Shown piece after piece: positions 25,662-39,326 of a DNA stretch of 64,000 nt. Positions within the stretch are counted from its first letter, which is position 1; each line of letters starts with the position of its first letter. The notes under the pieces were generated by a model. The model did not search any database. It was not told where the DNA came from and saw only the letters and a program-made list of their open reading frames with translations. Source of the stretch: Lama guanicoe (taxonomy: Eukaryota); contig MU054212.1 in assembly GCA_013239625.1 (NCBI GenBank), positions 6,422,270 to 6,486,269 on the forward strand, in the 5' to 3' direction. A program made the translations under genes and the position numbers.

Positions 25662-25793
25662 NNNNNNNNNNNNNNNNNNNNNNNNNNNNNNNNNNNNNNN
25701 NNNNNNNNNNNNNNNNNNNNNNNNNNNNNNNNNNNNNNNNNNNNNNNNNNNNNNNNNNNNNNNNNNNNNNNNNNNNNNNNNNNNNNNNNNNNN
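25662..25793. other. Assembly gap (132 N) inside the CpG island
   Basis: Run of N flanked by extremely GC-rich sequence. Confidence 1.
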
Positions 25794-27974
25794 TCCCGCT
25801 CGGCCTCCGCCCCCAGCGGCCGGGCGGGCTCGGCGCGGCGCCGGCTCCACGGTCCGGCCGCGGCGCCGGCGGCTCGGCGCGCTCCGCAAGCTTTAGCTCT
25901 CGCTCCCCCGTCCGACCGCTCCGGCGCCCTGCAGCCTCGCCCGGCGCCACCGCGCGCCCAGACTCCTTCGCTGCCCAGGGCCTCTCCGGAGGGCGCCCTG
26001 GAGGAACGCAGCGAGCTCGAGGCTCTTTCTCAGCCGTCGTGTCGGGCACTCTCCCGTCCACCCCCCACCCTGGCACTGGAGTTGCTACCACAGGGCGCAG
26101 CAGAGACCTATTTGGAGCCCATCTCTTTAGAGTGCCACGGACAGACGCAGAGGGGAAAGGCAGGCGGGGAGCATTCCTTAGCTTGCCCCCGCACCCCCAC
26201 TGCCAGCCCTACAACTCTAGAAAAACGCGGCTGGAAGTTAGTCCGCCAGTCCAGACGTTGGCTGCTAGGCGGAATAAAAAAGGCCGAAGCACCAAGAAGC
26301 AGAAAGGTAACGAATGATCAGTACCCACACAAGGGAGGGTGACCGTCGGTTTAGTGCCGTCATTGTGTGGACAAGCTGCTGGAGACTGTGGGGGATGAGG
26401 CCCCCAGCAGCCACAGACACGCCAAGGGTTACTGGGAGATGACAGGGACCAGCTGTTGTCACATGCTCTCCTCACTCATTTCTCTCCCAATCTTAAAGGT
26501 TGGAATAATTCCCCGTTTCTAGATATGCCTACCATGACGTTCGGTGGTTTGGCAAGATTACACAACTTGTAGAAGACCGGGCTGGGATTCAACCCCACAG
26601 TCTGCTTTCCATGACAGGCGGTCTGTGCCCCGCCCCCCCACGCCCCGAGTATTGAGTAGGGCCTGCTCACTGCAGACGGAGCTCAGAATGTAAAGGTGGC
26701 TGGAGCATTTCTGTTTCTTTAGGCACCTCTTTTTTATGTGCTGATTTTTTTTTTAGCATTACTGTACACCAGCAGAGGTGAATGGTTGCTAGGTGAAAGG
26801 GTTACAGGTCAATACTTTATATTTTCCCACACATATTCAGTGTTCAGGGCATGGGAAGGCAGAACAAGCCACCTGCTTCCCCCGCGCAAGGGGACCTGAA
26901 AGCATCCGCTGCCTCTCAGTGGGCTGGTTTAGGTCTGTGCCAGTGAGTAACCCTCTCCATAGCAATCGAAGAAAAACACGGAGATTCTTCTGCTCCCACT
27001 TCTGTGTCCTCTCACTCTTGAAGCACCGGCGATAACTTACGCAACGCTCTTGCTGAAAGTTTTGACTTTTGTGTCATTGCAGTAAAGTTTTTGGAAAAGT
27101 CTTGGGGGAAAAAAAATGGAAAAGATTTTAGTGTATATTCTACTCAGAATCACAAGTCCTTAAAGTTCTAAGTTTGCTCACAGAAAGAAGACTTTTTAAA
27201 AACTATAAGGAGCTAAGTGCCAGTTCTTTTTTTTTTTCTATCCAAATAATCAGTCATTTCCGGAAATAAAGCCCAGACTCCAAAAATGATAAAAGAAACA
27301 TTTGAGAATAGATAGAGTCAGGGGTCCTTCAACCAATTAGTAGGTCCTAAAACTTTATATGGTAGATTGGTTTTTAAAAAAATAACTTTCTGCTACTATT
27401 ATATCCTTTTAAAAGCTTCAGGGAATAAAAGTAGTTCCCTCCCACGAAAGAATTGGTGACTTATGACCTAAAGACAAGATAAAAAAGTAAAAAGATTAAG
27501 CAGTACATTTTTTTTAACCAGTAAAGAACTTAAATTAGATTTGCTCTCATTGGTGACCTTACAGAAAAGTTTTCATTTTAATCTGAGTATTAAAGGGAAG
27601 AAATTTTAATGAGCTACAAATTCTTACATAAGTCTCCTGTCCTGGCAGAAGATCTTTGAGAAAGATCTCATTTGTAAAACAGAGAGAGTTTTGGTTAAAC
27701 TGCAGAAAAAAGAAAATCAGCTGAGAAGGGTAATCTTTCATTCTGGCTGAACTGCATTTCCAAACATGGTATGAGGAAGTGTGTTTCTTAAGATTTGGGG
27801 GCCAATGCAAACCAGGTATATAAAAGCGTAACAACTGGATACAGGGGCAAAACTTACATAAGATTTTGCAGTTTGTGAAAAAGGAACCTCCAAGAAAAAT
27901 CTGTAAAGCAAAATTCAGTGTGCTGGTCTCTTGTTTCTAGTGAACACCTTTTTAATTGGAGATTTGTGGGAGGC

Positions 27975-28430
27975 AGCATTTTGTGGTGATTAAAAATATT
28001 GTCTCTAGCCTCAGATGATGTGGGTTTGATTGGTGGCTCTGCTCCTATTTCAGATCTTGGGCAACTTGCTGTTTCCTCCTCTGAAAAAAGGGGACAATTG
28101 CTATAGACTGAATGTTTATGTTCCCCCCACAATTCTTATTGAAAACTAATTCCCAGGTGGTGCCTTTGGAAGATGATTAGGTCATGAACAAGAAAACAGG
28201 CCCTCACCGGACACCGAATCTGCCAGCGTCTTGATCTTGGACTTCCCAGCCTCCAGAACTGTGAGAAATAAATTTCTGTTATTTATAATCCCCCTAGTTT
28301 ATAATATTCTGTTATAGCAGCCCAGTCAGACTAAGATAATACTAATTGTTCTCACTTCTGAGGGTTGATATGAAAATGTAATCGTGTATGTTGAGCATTT
28401 AGAACAGGGCCTGACACATAGGAAGGGCTA
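27975..28430 (+). mobile_element. MIR interrupted by an internally deleted MLT1A-like LTR (28099-28338)
   Basis: MIR halves (CTTGGGCAAC..GTTTCCTCCTCTGAAAAAAGGGGAC / GCATTTAGAACAGGGCCTGACACATAG) flank TGCTATAGACTGAATGTTTATG...CCAGCCTCCAGAACTGTGAGAAATAAATTTCTG...ACTAAGATA. Confidence 0.8.
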
Positions 28431-30636
28431 TGGGTTATTAAAAGAAGTTCTGATTTTGAAGGGACGAAATTTAGAGAAGAGATAAAGAGGTCCATGGAGT
28501 TGTGAGGAAATGATGCAATTTTGGGAGACTAGCTATGTCTGGCAAGGGGCAGAGAGCATCGTTCCTCAGACAGGAATCCCAGATGCCTGCTCTGAGCTGT
28601 GGGACTTCACTCGCCCAGTCTTGAGTCTGTGGGGTTATTGGTCCACAGTAAGCCAGGCCTGCTCCCCAGCAGGTCTGTGCAGTGGCCATGATGACTCTTC
28701 ATACGCTGACCTAATGATGCTGTAAGCCCAGGAGTGAACCTGGCACATAGTACTGCAGGACTCCTACGAGGGACACTTCACAGCCTCCTGACTGTGAAAC
28801 TTCTGTTTGTACACACGTAACTCGTTAATTCTCTACATTATCAGCTTTGCAAGATAAAAATATTACATGTTGGTTCTCCTCTTATCGGAATGTCCTGGGT
28901 CACACAATATGCTAACGGTCAAGTGTGATATCAAAGTTCATAAGCCCTGGTGATTTTCTGGGTCTCTAAGCTCGTCTCCTTTTCAGCTAATTTCCATGCT
29001 GTCACCAGAGCTAACTTAAAAATCACTTTATGCCTGAAGCCATGTACAGTATCTGTATCCTCATTGTCAATGGAATGAAGTGTAAAGCCCTCTGCGTGGA
29101 TAAAAGGCTCTTCCTTTATGTGGCTGGATCTGCCTCTCCAGCCTGATTTTGACTGACTACCTTCTGACATCCTAGAATCTAGTAATAGTATCTTTGTGTA
29201 GTTGCCCAAATGTGCTGCGCTAATACAGGCCCTTGAAGAGGTGGGCTTCTCAGCTTGGAATGCCTTTCTGCCTTTCTCTTCTGTGAAATGCTGTGAAACC
29301 TCTGAAGAGCTGACCCCTCCTCTCCCTGTGTCACCATCATACCTGGCAATACCCCTTGTAATTGTGCTAATTGCACTATGATTTATTGTCTATTTTTACA
29401 TTGGCTTTCCCTACCAGACCGCAATTACCTGTGGCCGCTAAACATGGATCTTACTCGCCTTTGTTTCTCCAGCTCCTGCTCCCATGCCTGGCACCTGGAA
29501 AGTGCTCATTTAAAGTTTGCTGGATTGAGTAATCAGTGGCCTGAGCCATCCTCTCCCTCTGTATTATTTCACAGGACACTGCCTCTCTGGGTTATAAATG
29601 GTGAATATTCATCAGGTCTAGAAATTTTCAAGATTTTTAAGGTTCTGATTCCATACAACAGTGGTTACTATTAGATTGGCCCCCAATTCTTTACATTCAT
29701 CTGAAATTTTAAGTTTTATTTAAATCGAGTTCTGCAATTTTGTCGCCAAACTAGAAAGGTACCTCTAGACCATCAGTTACAACATTTACTAAGACTGTTA
29801 GCATGTTGTTTGTTAGCTTATTTGTGGTCTCCTTTGCCAGCACTTTACCCGCAGAAGGGCTTGTTTTATTACTTGCATCCCCAGTGTGTGGCACATAGTG
29901 AGCTCGCTCTATATGGATAGATTAATCAACCTACTTCTTTATCTGTCTGTCTCTCTATCACCTAGCTATCTATCAAGAGATGGATAAATGGATAAATGAA
30001 CGACTATAAGGAGCATATCCCATATAGGTACTTTTAGGAAGGATTTAAAAACGTACTCAGAGTTTTACTTTGTCATCTCTTCCTTTCTTCCTTTTGACAT
30101 AAGATGTGCCTTTCTTACGTAGATCAACAAATAATACATATATTACAGTGTCAATATAGAAATATTAAGGAAAAATATCCCAAATTGCAAATTGGATTTC
30201 ATAGGACAAGTTTGCTTTTTTGTCATTATATACAACATATCCCCATTAAAAAATACGTATCATGTTGCAAACCAGTATACACATACATATATAATCAAAA
30301 GAAAAGTTTTCCAAAAGAAAAACTTTCCAAAGTAATACTTTTTGTGTACTTCTAATGCACACTGAATCTTGATCTTTTAATCTATTCTTTTCTGTTTAAT
30401 TTTTTTTGACAGTAGTAATGATCTACTAACTTTATTTCACAGTCCATAACACAAGCTACAGTGTTAAAAATGACCATTTTAAGTAATAGTTCTTTTTGTG
30501 CATTAAGTGTTTGCAATTTAGCAAATCAGGGAACATTGTAGCTGAAGTTGTAGGAACTTCTAAAATTCAAGAATAATCAAAAATATAAAAAGCAAGTGAT
30601 AATCTAATTATTGAATTTACCAAAATGATCATCATG

Positions 30637-30638
<2 letters not shown>

Positions 30639-30678
<40 letters not shown>
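30639..30678. repeat. (GT)20 microsatellite
   Basis: Read directly from the sequence. Confidence 0.97.
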
Positions 30679-30680
<2 letters not shown>

Positions 30681-33469
30681 CTTTACAGGTTATAGGTTTG
30701 GGTTTATGAAGAAGATAGCTCTTTGTAAATTGTGTTTTTCCTCCCAAGCAAGCACACAACTTTAATCTGAGAAGCTGCTGGTAATGAATAGTGGTCCTGG
30801 CTCTTGTGTACTTTTGTAAACTATGTGCAAAGCTTTCCAAAGGAGTAGTTGAGTGATTCCTAGTTTAGCTATACAATTCTGCAGTTTTAATAAGTACTTT
30901 ACTAAAATAAAGCACAATTACTAAAAAAAACCCACACAATTACTAACTAATCACTAATTATTCATTTTGCATATGTTAATAACTTGTTTTTAATCATACA
31001 TTTAACATATGAGTTAAAGAAATAGAAGCTTAATTGCCTATATCAATTATGGAGATAAGCTAAGATTCTTTCTACCTAGAAAAGTATATGGTTCATGACA
31101 TAATTTATATTCTCTTAATAAACGTATTTAATGTCACAAAGCACAGGTAGAAAACCTTTCATTTTGTTTTCATTGATGCTTACATAATAGTTATTATTAA
31201 ATATTTCTTGGTGCCGAAAGTCTTCACAGGATACATACAAGTTTGTTGTTTGTGTTCTGACGATTTAAAGCTTGAAAGGAGTTTTAGTGTCAGAGGCAGT
31301 TTCATTTCCAAGTCTCTCCCTTGAAAGATAATGAGATTTTAGCTCCCTGCTGACAAATCTGCTGAAGAAAGGTCATCATATGTTTCCACCCCTCTTTTGT
31401 AGTAAGCAGTGAAAAGAGAAAGAGTGTGGTTCTGCTGGGCACCTCTTCTGGATACCCGGCTACACTGGTCCAAACTGAATGCATCTGTCTTCCATGACTG
31501 CTCTCATATTCAAGGTCTTGGCTTATGAAGGCTGGGGTGTCCCCTTAATTTACTTAGAATTGCTGAAGATCATACTTAATTTCTCTAGTAGATTTTCTAC
31601 TCACTCTCAAACCCACTTCTTAAAGGGTTTGTGCCTTTCCCCGCTGCTCAGAAACAAATTTAAGAATTTTCCCAAATGGTGTTTAAATGTCTATTTTATA
31701 TAATTTTTAAAATATGGAAAATCCAATGAAGAAAGATAATGACCTATAATCCCATCATTCTGAGTTAACAATGTATGACTCTTCATCTCTTTGGTTCAGC
31801 CTATAATTTTGTAGTCTGCCTTTCCCACTCATTCTACCATGTTGATATGTATTCCAAATTGTGTTTTTTTAGAAATGACTGTATAGTATTCCACATATGA
31901 ACATACCATAGTTTATCCAACTCTTTATGATTTGGCATTTTTATTGCTTATAATTTTTCTATTATTAGTAACATCTTAATGACTGTTCTTGTAGGTAAAT
32001 CTTTGGGCATATTCATGATTCCCCCCCTTAAATCCCTGTAGGGAGAATTGCTGTATTAGAAAGTACAAACTTTTTTAAAGGGCTTTGATACATACTGCCA
32101 ATTTACTTCCCCAAAATGTATGAATTTTTACTTCCACTGCTTGGAAACTGAAGAGTCCACATTATCTTTTCTTTTTACATAATTAAGCAAAAGCTTTTGA
32201 AAATACTTAAACAAGTATTATGAGCTAACAAAAATTGAGCATAGTTAGCCATTACTACATATGACATGAGGTCGAATTTAACAAGAAAATTACCAGAAAA
32301 AAATAGTGCAGTACCCGTAAGAGGCCACCAAACATCAAAATAAGAAGCAGTAGGGGAATATTTATGTATGTAATTATGAAGATAATGCTTTTCGTGCTTC
32401 TGTTCAAGACCTACATTTGTAATTCCTGAGCTTGTAATTTTTTCTATTTCTTGACTTTATTATTATAGATAAATTAATACCTTAAATTTTTTTCATCCTC
32501 ACCATTTAATCTATAGAGAGATAAACATATCTAGCTTAAGTTGATCTGCCCTTGAAATCACGCTACATTTGAATAGGCGCTCAGAAATCATGTGGTGGGG
32601 AGACCATTGAGTTCCACTCGGCTCTAGCTGTTCAAGCTAGTATAGTGGATGGGAGATGGTACCATTAAAATGATTATGTAGACTTAACGATAGGTCTCCT
32701 CACTTTACCTGTTCTGACTCTGTAATTGTAAAAGAAATCTCTGCTTTCCTTCCCAAACTCTCACCGAAATTCTGTTTTGAAATACATTTATCTTGCCTTA
32801 TTTTTGTACCTCAGATGATTAAAATGTCTTTTTTTCACTATTGCATTTGTAGCAACAATTTAAAGACTTACCTACTATTTTCAAATATTTTGTCATTCTA
32901 TGTCATCTAGTCTCTGTAGTTTTTTTCCTTCCTTACCACGTGCTTCAGAGTCATACCTGAGCACCTGCGAGTCACAGTCCATTCTTTCCCAAGGATTCAA
33001 GTCATTTGTCATATTTTTTTGAATTGATATAAATGGGGATGAACTCCCTAAAAAGGAAAAGAGAAAGACAGAGAAGGAGGAGAAAGAGAAGAAGGACAAA
33101 CATATGTAATAGTAATATAAACTTTGCTCTTTATATGTGCTAGGTATAAATGCTTTGTATTTACCATTTTTAAAAAAGGCTAAATATGTCAATTTGAAAA
33201 TATTAACTATATACCAATTTATCTATTACATATATGTCTAACTTACCGGAGTTTAGAAGGAGAAAAAATATTTATAATAATTATTGGAACAGCAGCCAAA
33301 TCTAACCTACTGTTGATATGTTTATTATGGTAACTAATGCCCTTTCAAAAGAGCACCATACTATAGTCTGTCCACTTTTCCATTCATTAAAATTTTAAAT
33401 GTACTTTGATTAAATTGCTATATAAATATTCACAGCTCATCTCCCACACTTCATTTATTTATCCATCTA

Positions 33470-34980
33470 TCTGTCCACTCATTCAATAAATATTTATTGA
33501 ACACTTACCTGCCAGGCACTATTCAAGCCAATAGGGATGCAAAGATGAATGCTTGTGCTCAAGCGTCTTAATCTAGTAAGAGAGCCAGAAACAGTAAATG
33601 AATGTAATTACAATCCAGTGCGGTAAAGGTTAGAGATGTGTAATGGTATTTTGAGACTACAAAGGGAGCCTCTTACTTGGCAAGGAATTGGATGCGACTT
33701 CTTGGAGGAGATGACCAACTAGAGAAGCATGCAAGAGAACGAATCAGCCAAGTCACGCCGGGACACGGGGAGAAGACGAAGACGTGATCCCCAGGGAAAA
33801 GGAGCAGCAGTCTGAGTAACAGCATGGAGGCGAGAAGCAGCCTATTGTGTGGGAAGAACTATAATCAGTTTGGTTTTGCTGTGTCTTGAGATTTGAGCTC
33901 TGGAGTGGCTGAGATGAGGCTGGGAGTTAGACAGGATTCAGACAGGAGAGATTTGTCTGCCTGTGAAGGAACTTGAACTTTATCATAAAGGACCTGTAAT
34001 AAGTGATCTGTGGTGTCACTTACGGAAGCTACTTCCAGGTCTTCAGCAATGAATTTGTTAGTTAGGTTTGAATTTTTGAAAAGGATGTTTTGGAAAGATT
34101 ATAAACGATAGATTCAAAGAAAGAAACAGAGAACAAAGGAGAGGCAGTCGGAGAAGCTGGTGGTAGGTGATCAAGGGTTGAAACAGGACAATGTATTCTA
34201 GAGAGGAGAATAAGTGAACAGATAGAAGATATTTATTAAGGAGGTAAAATCCTCAGAACCTGTTTATTGATTCACTTCGCGGGATAAAATAACTCTCCAA
34301 AAATGATCATGAATCCCCTGGACACCAACCAGACCTGCACAGAATCCAGTATGGGTAGGACATGGTTTGTGTCCAAAGACAAGGATGAGAAGCCAACAAG
34401 AATTTTGAAATAAAAATAATAATATTAGACTATCAAGTCAACCCGTTCTAGGTCAAGTGGAGATACAGCAAAGTCACTGTGAAGAGACAGGACAATGCCC
34501 AGATCAAGACAGTCTTTATTGACAGTCTCAATACTTGACAGACTCTAGCAGCATTGTTCACCTCACACTGATCCTGTTAAACTGACTTTCTTTGCTCTGA
34601 CAACATGCCTGCCTAGCATAGAGCATTCCTCGTGGATCTCTTTCTTGAGGCCCTGGGAATGATGATTCCTTTAACGGTTACAGGAAGGGAGAGACTTGTG
34701 AATATGTCGGAAGATGAGAATCGGTTCAATTCTGGATGTGTTAAATCTGCGCCACCTGTAAAATATCCAGATGTGAAGTAGACAGTTGGACGCAGGGAGC
34801 TGGAGTTTGGAAAGAAATTAAGGACAAGGATATGTATTTGGTAGTGGAAGCCATGGGAATGAATAAAATTTCCCAAAGGACAGAGATGGCAAAGAGAAGT
34901 GGGACAATGACAGAACCTTGAGGGATTCCAACAACAGAGGCAGACCCAGCAGAAGACACTGAGAAAGAATGGTTGGAGAA
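33470..34980 (-). mobile_element. L2 LINE relics (interrupted at about 34280-34640)
   Basis: CATTCAATAAATATTTATTGAACAC..TGCCAGGCACT L2 3' end. Downstream purine-rich L2 motifs (TGGATGTGTTAAATCTG, ACAGAACCTTGAGGGATTCCAACA). Confidence 0.65.
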
Positions 34981-35237
34981 ATAGGAATAAAGTGATCTTT
35001 CTTTGAATGTTTTCCTTTTCCCGTACAGGTTCCTTCCTTTAACTTCCTACATGATGCCATCTCTTGGTCAGAAACAATTTTGCCCTTCTCTGTAGAATTT
35101 TGGGTAACTGTGACCACAGTGATAATAAATCATGGTTATCTGTGTGCTTTTCTCAAACTCCTTATTAAATAGTAAATTTCTTGATGGCACAATCAAGATT
35201 TTATCTGCTTTTGCGCTAACAAATTAGCCTGCCACAA

Positions 35238-35670
35238 TGTCATGGATGCTGGCAGAACACAGTAGACTGTTGGATCAGAGACAAAAGATTTATTACTCTT
35301 GGCTCATCAGGCAGCATGGACTTCATATTCACAGCAGTTCTCCTTGTCCCCCGAGTCCCATGGGGTGGCTCAGAATGGCCCATGTGGATTCTGCCTGTGC
35401 AATGAGTTTGTGTGATGGCTCAGACACCCGGAAAAACAAATCTTTAACAAGCCAACCTGACCTACCTTTTCCCCACAAGGAGACGTTACTTCTATTACTG
35501 GACGTTACAGAAACTGCCCTCTGCTCCAAAGGGAGACGTTATCTCTACCTTCTACGGCTGTTCAGTGTGCACACATCCTTGAAAAGATGGCCCAGAGCAA
35601 AAGCTGTCAATGCCTCCGCTCACAGATGTGCAGAAACCCTGGGGACCCGTGGAGATTTATCTGCCCCTAG
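35238..35670 (-). mobile_element. Old ERV solo LTR, family unassigned
   Basis: TGTCATGGATGC...GGATCAGAGACAAAAGATTTATTACTC is a reversed AATAAA near a TG terminus; the length is LTR-like. Confidence 0.5.
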
Positions 35671-38469
35671 GCATGCCTAATGTCTCACATGTATTTAGGT
35701 ACCCCTTCCATCTCCCAGGTACCCACATGCCTTGCACATGACAGGTTCTGGTAAATATTAGTTGAAATGTGACTTAGAAATAACATTAACAACAGAGATA
35801 GTTTAGAAGACTTTTCTCTAGAATTATTTATAATAGGCCAGTATACAGATTGCTTTTAAGTTCTGCTATTTAGATAAAAAGTTCAGTTATGACTGTAACC
35901 TCCCTGAGAGCAACAATGTGTATTAATCATTTTTGCTTCCAGAGTCTAAAACAGAGCCTAGAACATAGTAATAGATAAACAAAGATTTGTTAAATAAATA
36001 GAAATTCGCGAAGGATCAGACAATCCAAATGATGCAGAATTGGGAAGCAGACCGCCCTCTTCAGCCCTCCACGACTCCTTGGTAACAATACTAGCAGTTT
36101 TTATATTCTCCAAAACGTCTCAAGAAAGGAAGACAAAAACACCAGTCCCTCCTTAATGCTAGGAACTTGGTGGATTATTCCTACGCAAAGCATTTGTTTT
36201 TGAAACATCAAGAGCAGTTTGGATGTCAAAGATATGACGAAATGGGCTTTTTCATATCTTGCGAGTAGAAATGTAAATTGGTATAATCTTTTTTTTAATG
36301 CACTTGGCTATTTTTAATGAGACTTCAAATGCCTACCCACCAATTAAATTTGAAGAAACTGCCCTAAATAAATTAACCTAACCTCAGAAAAGGAGGTTTA
36401 TGCACACATATATTAAACCCAGAAATGTGTTTGTAATAACATAACATTTGAAGATTTCTATTAAGCTTAAGAAGGAATTCTACCATAAAGTGGTCAATCT
36501 CTGTATAAAGTATGGAAAGACATTGCCAGGTTTTCCTCCTTGGAGATCTTTCAGGGAATAAATTACCATCATTGCTAGGCAGTGTAAGTATCGGTGCCAT
36601 GTGTCTTTTCCAAGGGCTTTTCTGTTTCATTTAGTCTAGGTTATATGATCCATTCCTCTCTGTAAGGAAAGGTAATAAAGTTTTCAGTTGCTCCTTGTAT
36701 TTGTTTGAGGGTGGATCTTTTAGTACAGTAATACTCCCCAAGAAGGGAGGAATCAAACTCTTTGGGGCATGCATTATTCAATATTTAAACATTTTATATT
36801 TCTAATAGTGGGAGAAAATATTGACTTCCAAATTGCTTCGGAGTCTAGAAAGTTGCTTTGTAAACTTTATTTTAGTATAGAATCATCCAACATTATTTGT
36901 ATGTACTCAAAGACATTAAATCAAATGGGAGTGTATCAACTTATGTCCTGTTGTTCTGCCATTAAAAGTGTCACCAGATCAGATCAAACAAACCAAGGAG
37001 GGAGAAGCAGAGAACAAGAATACTTTCTTAAGGATTGTTTCATGAAAAACATAAAATCCTAATGAAATATACCTAGTGCTTTCAGAACTTTGTTAAATTA
37101 GGTGTTGCTTATGCCATGTCAGAAAGTAAATCCCACGTCTACAGGGAAAGATGCAGTCATTTAATAAAGTGGTTGACCTTTTCGTGTTAGTCATAACTCC
37201 ATCCAGAAAAAAGAGTTAATACAGTTCTTTTTACAAGTAAGTCTCATTGATGCCAAGATATACATTGGTGTATTTAATTTGCTTTTATATGAACTACAGG
37301 CTCTTGGGTGTCATTGATACATGTGTGAGCTTTGGTGGTGCCATTGATTTTCAGGGAACCCCCTCAGTGGGCAGTTTATACCGCCTTTCTCAGGGTTAAA
37401 GAAGCACAGAAGAGTGCATTTGGCCACTGTGGGTTTTTCTACTTTGCTTACATTTATATGGTTAACATACAAAGTGGAAATTGACAAAAGAAATAGGAGT
37501 CCCGTCTTCTGGGGTGAATCCATCTCAAGCTCCCCAGGAAGTAAAGATGGCAATGTGTTCTCTACTACCTTTCTGATTAGGAGACAGAGAAGGTAAACGA
37601 TAGGGTAGGACTGAGAGAGAAACCTGAAAATGGGAAAATGGGAAGGCAAGGTAAATGTGGAAAAAGGTGATGGAGAGCTGCAGGTGCCAAGAGCCTCTTG
37701 GGGATGACTGAACTACGGAAATGGGGAAGAACTGTGTTCCTGGGGGCTATGGGAACAGTAAAGGAGGGATAAACAGAAAACCCCAAGGGAAGACAATGAA
37801 GGAGGGGTTTTGTGAGTGGAAGGGAGCGAGGGAAGGAAGAGGGGAAGGAAAATCATAAGGTAAAATAAAATTTGTGCTAATAAGTGTTATTTTCCTTTCT
37901 TGGCATGAAAGTGGGTACGGGGACATGCATTTTCCCTATGTCCTGAGAAATCCATTGTTGGTTTCTGAGACCTCCTGCCGTATTTATTCCAACCATCTAT
38001 AATATATACCACTGGGAATATTGCTTCAAACATATATAGAAGCTAATTTAAGCCTACAGATATTCCGTTTGAATTACTCAGGTACAGACATTTCATATTG
38101 TCCCGCTGGTATCAAATGGAAACTTTTACTGGTCCAACAACATGGGCTGCATTGTACAACACCGGACGATACAGAGAGAGGTTGGGTTAACATTTTGTTT
38201 ATAAAACATTAAGTTTCCCAGATTACTGTAAAAAGTCATCTTAAAAACAATTGTTCTAGCTTTTTTTTAACATGGTAAAATTCCAGAAATCTAATTTGTT
38301 TGGGGTTTGATAAAGTAATGTGCCAAACAGCCACCATTCTGCCTAAGTAGTCCTTTTGTATCCAGATAATGTATCTAGCAGTCATTCTGCGTGTGCCTTT
38401 GTTTCTCCTTTGGTGGCCTAAAAAGACACCACACTATTGCCTTAAACTAGTGATTAAAAGCAAGCTTTT

Positions 38470-38678
38470 TAGTTTGTTCTCTTTATCTGTGAGTCCACAT
38501 CTATTTTGCTGTGTTCACTATTTTGTTGTTGTTTTTTTAAGGTTCCACATGTAAGTCGTACCATGCAATACTTGTATTTCCCTGACTTAATTTCACTTAG
38601 CATAATGCCCTCCAAGTCCATCCTTGTTGCTGCAAATAGCAAAAAATTTATTCTTCTATATGGCTAAGTAGTCTTCCC

Positions 38679-38714
<36 letters not shown>

Positions 38715-39326
38715 ATAATATATATCTCATCTTCTTTATCCAGTCATCTGTTGCTGGACACTTTGGTTCCTTCCATATCTTGGCAATTGTAAATAAATAA
38801 TGCTGCTAAGAAAATTGGGGTGCATGCATCTTTTCAAATTAGTGAGTTTTTTTTTCTGATACATACTCAGGAGTGAAATTGCTGGATCATATGGTAGTTC
38901 TATTTTTAGTTTTTTAAGGCGCTTCCATACTGTTTTGCACAGTGGCTGCAACCAATACACATTCCCACCAACAGTGTGTATGAGGGTTCCATTTTGTCCA
39001 TATTCTTGCCAATGTTTGTTATTTGTGTCCTTTTTGATGATAACCATTCTGACAGGTATGAGGTGATATCTCATTGGTAACAACAAGCTAGGGGTTGCCA
39101 GCGGAGAGAGGGAAAAGGGGAGGGGCAATATATGGGTAGGGCAGTAAGAGGTACAAACTATTAGGTATAAAATAAGCTACACAATATATTGTAGAACATG
39201 GAGAATATAGCCAATATTTTATAATATCTATAAATGGAGTATAACCTTTAAAAATTGTGAATCAATATATTGTACACCTGTGATGTATATAATATTGTAC
39301 AGCAATTATACTTCAATTTTAAAAAA
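38470..39326. mobile_element. 5'-inverted (twin-primed) L1: minus segment about 38470-39077 plus plus-strand 3' end about 39079-39326
   Basis: The minus part encodes an ORF2 C-terminal remnant (MRYHLIPVRMVIIKK...IELPYDPAI). The plus part continues the 3' UTR to an A tail. TSD AAGCTTTTTA at 38462-38471 and 39325-39334. Confidence 0.88.
38681..38710. repeat. (GT)15 microsatellite within the L1
   Basis: Read directly from the sequence. Confidence 0.97.

Larger units (their letters stand above)
24870..26350. promoter_or_regulatory. GAREM1: CpG island: GAREM1 promoter, 5' UTR and exon 1
   Basis: Very GC- and CpG-rich block in otherwise CpG-depleted DNA. Contains GC boxes, GCC/GGC runs and an NRF1-like motif ACGCCTGCGCA at 25638-25648. 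Confidence 0.9.

Noticed and set aside
25072..26342. Long Pro/Ala/Gly/Arg-rich ORFs on both strands (182, 237 and 156 aa)
   Set aside because: GC-rich DNA is poor in stop codons. Several ORFs span the N gap or start at non-ATG codons, and none has a recognisable domain.
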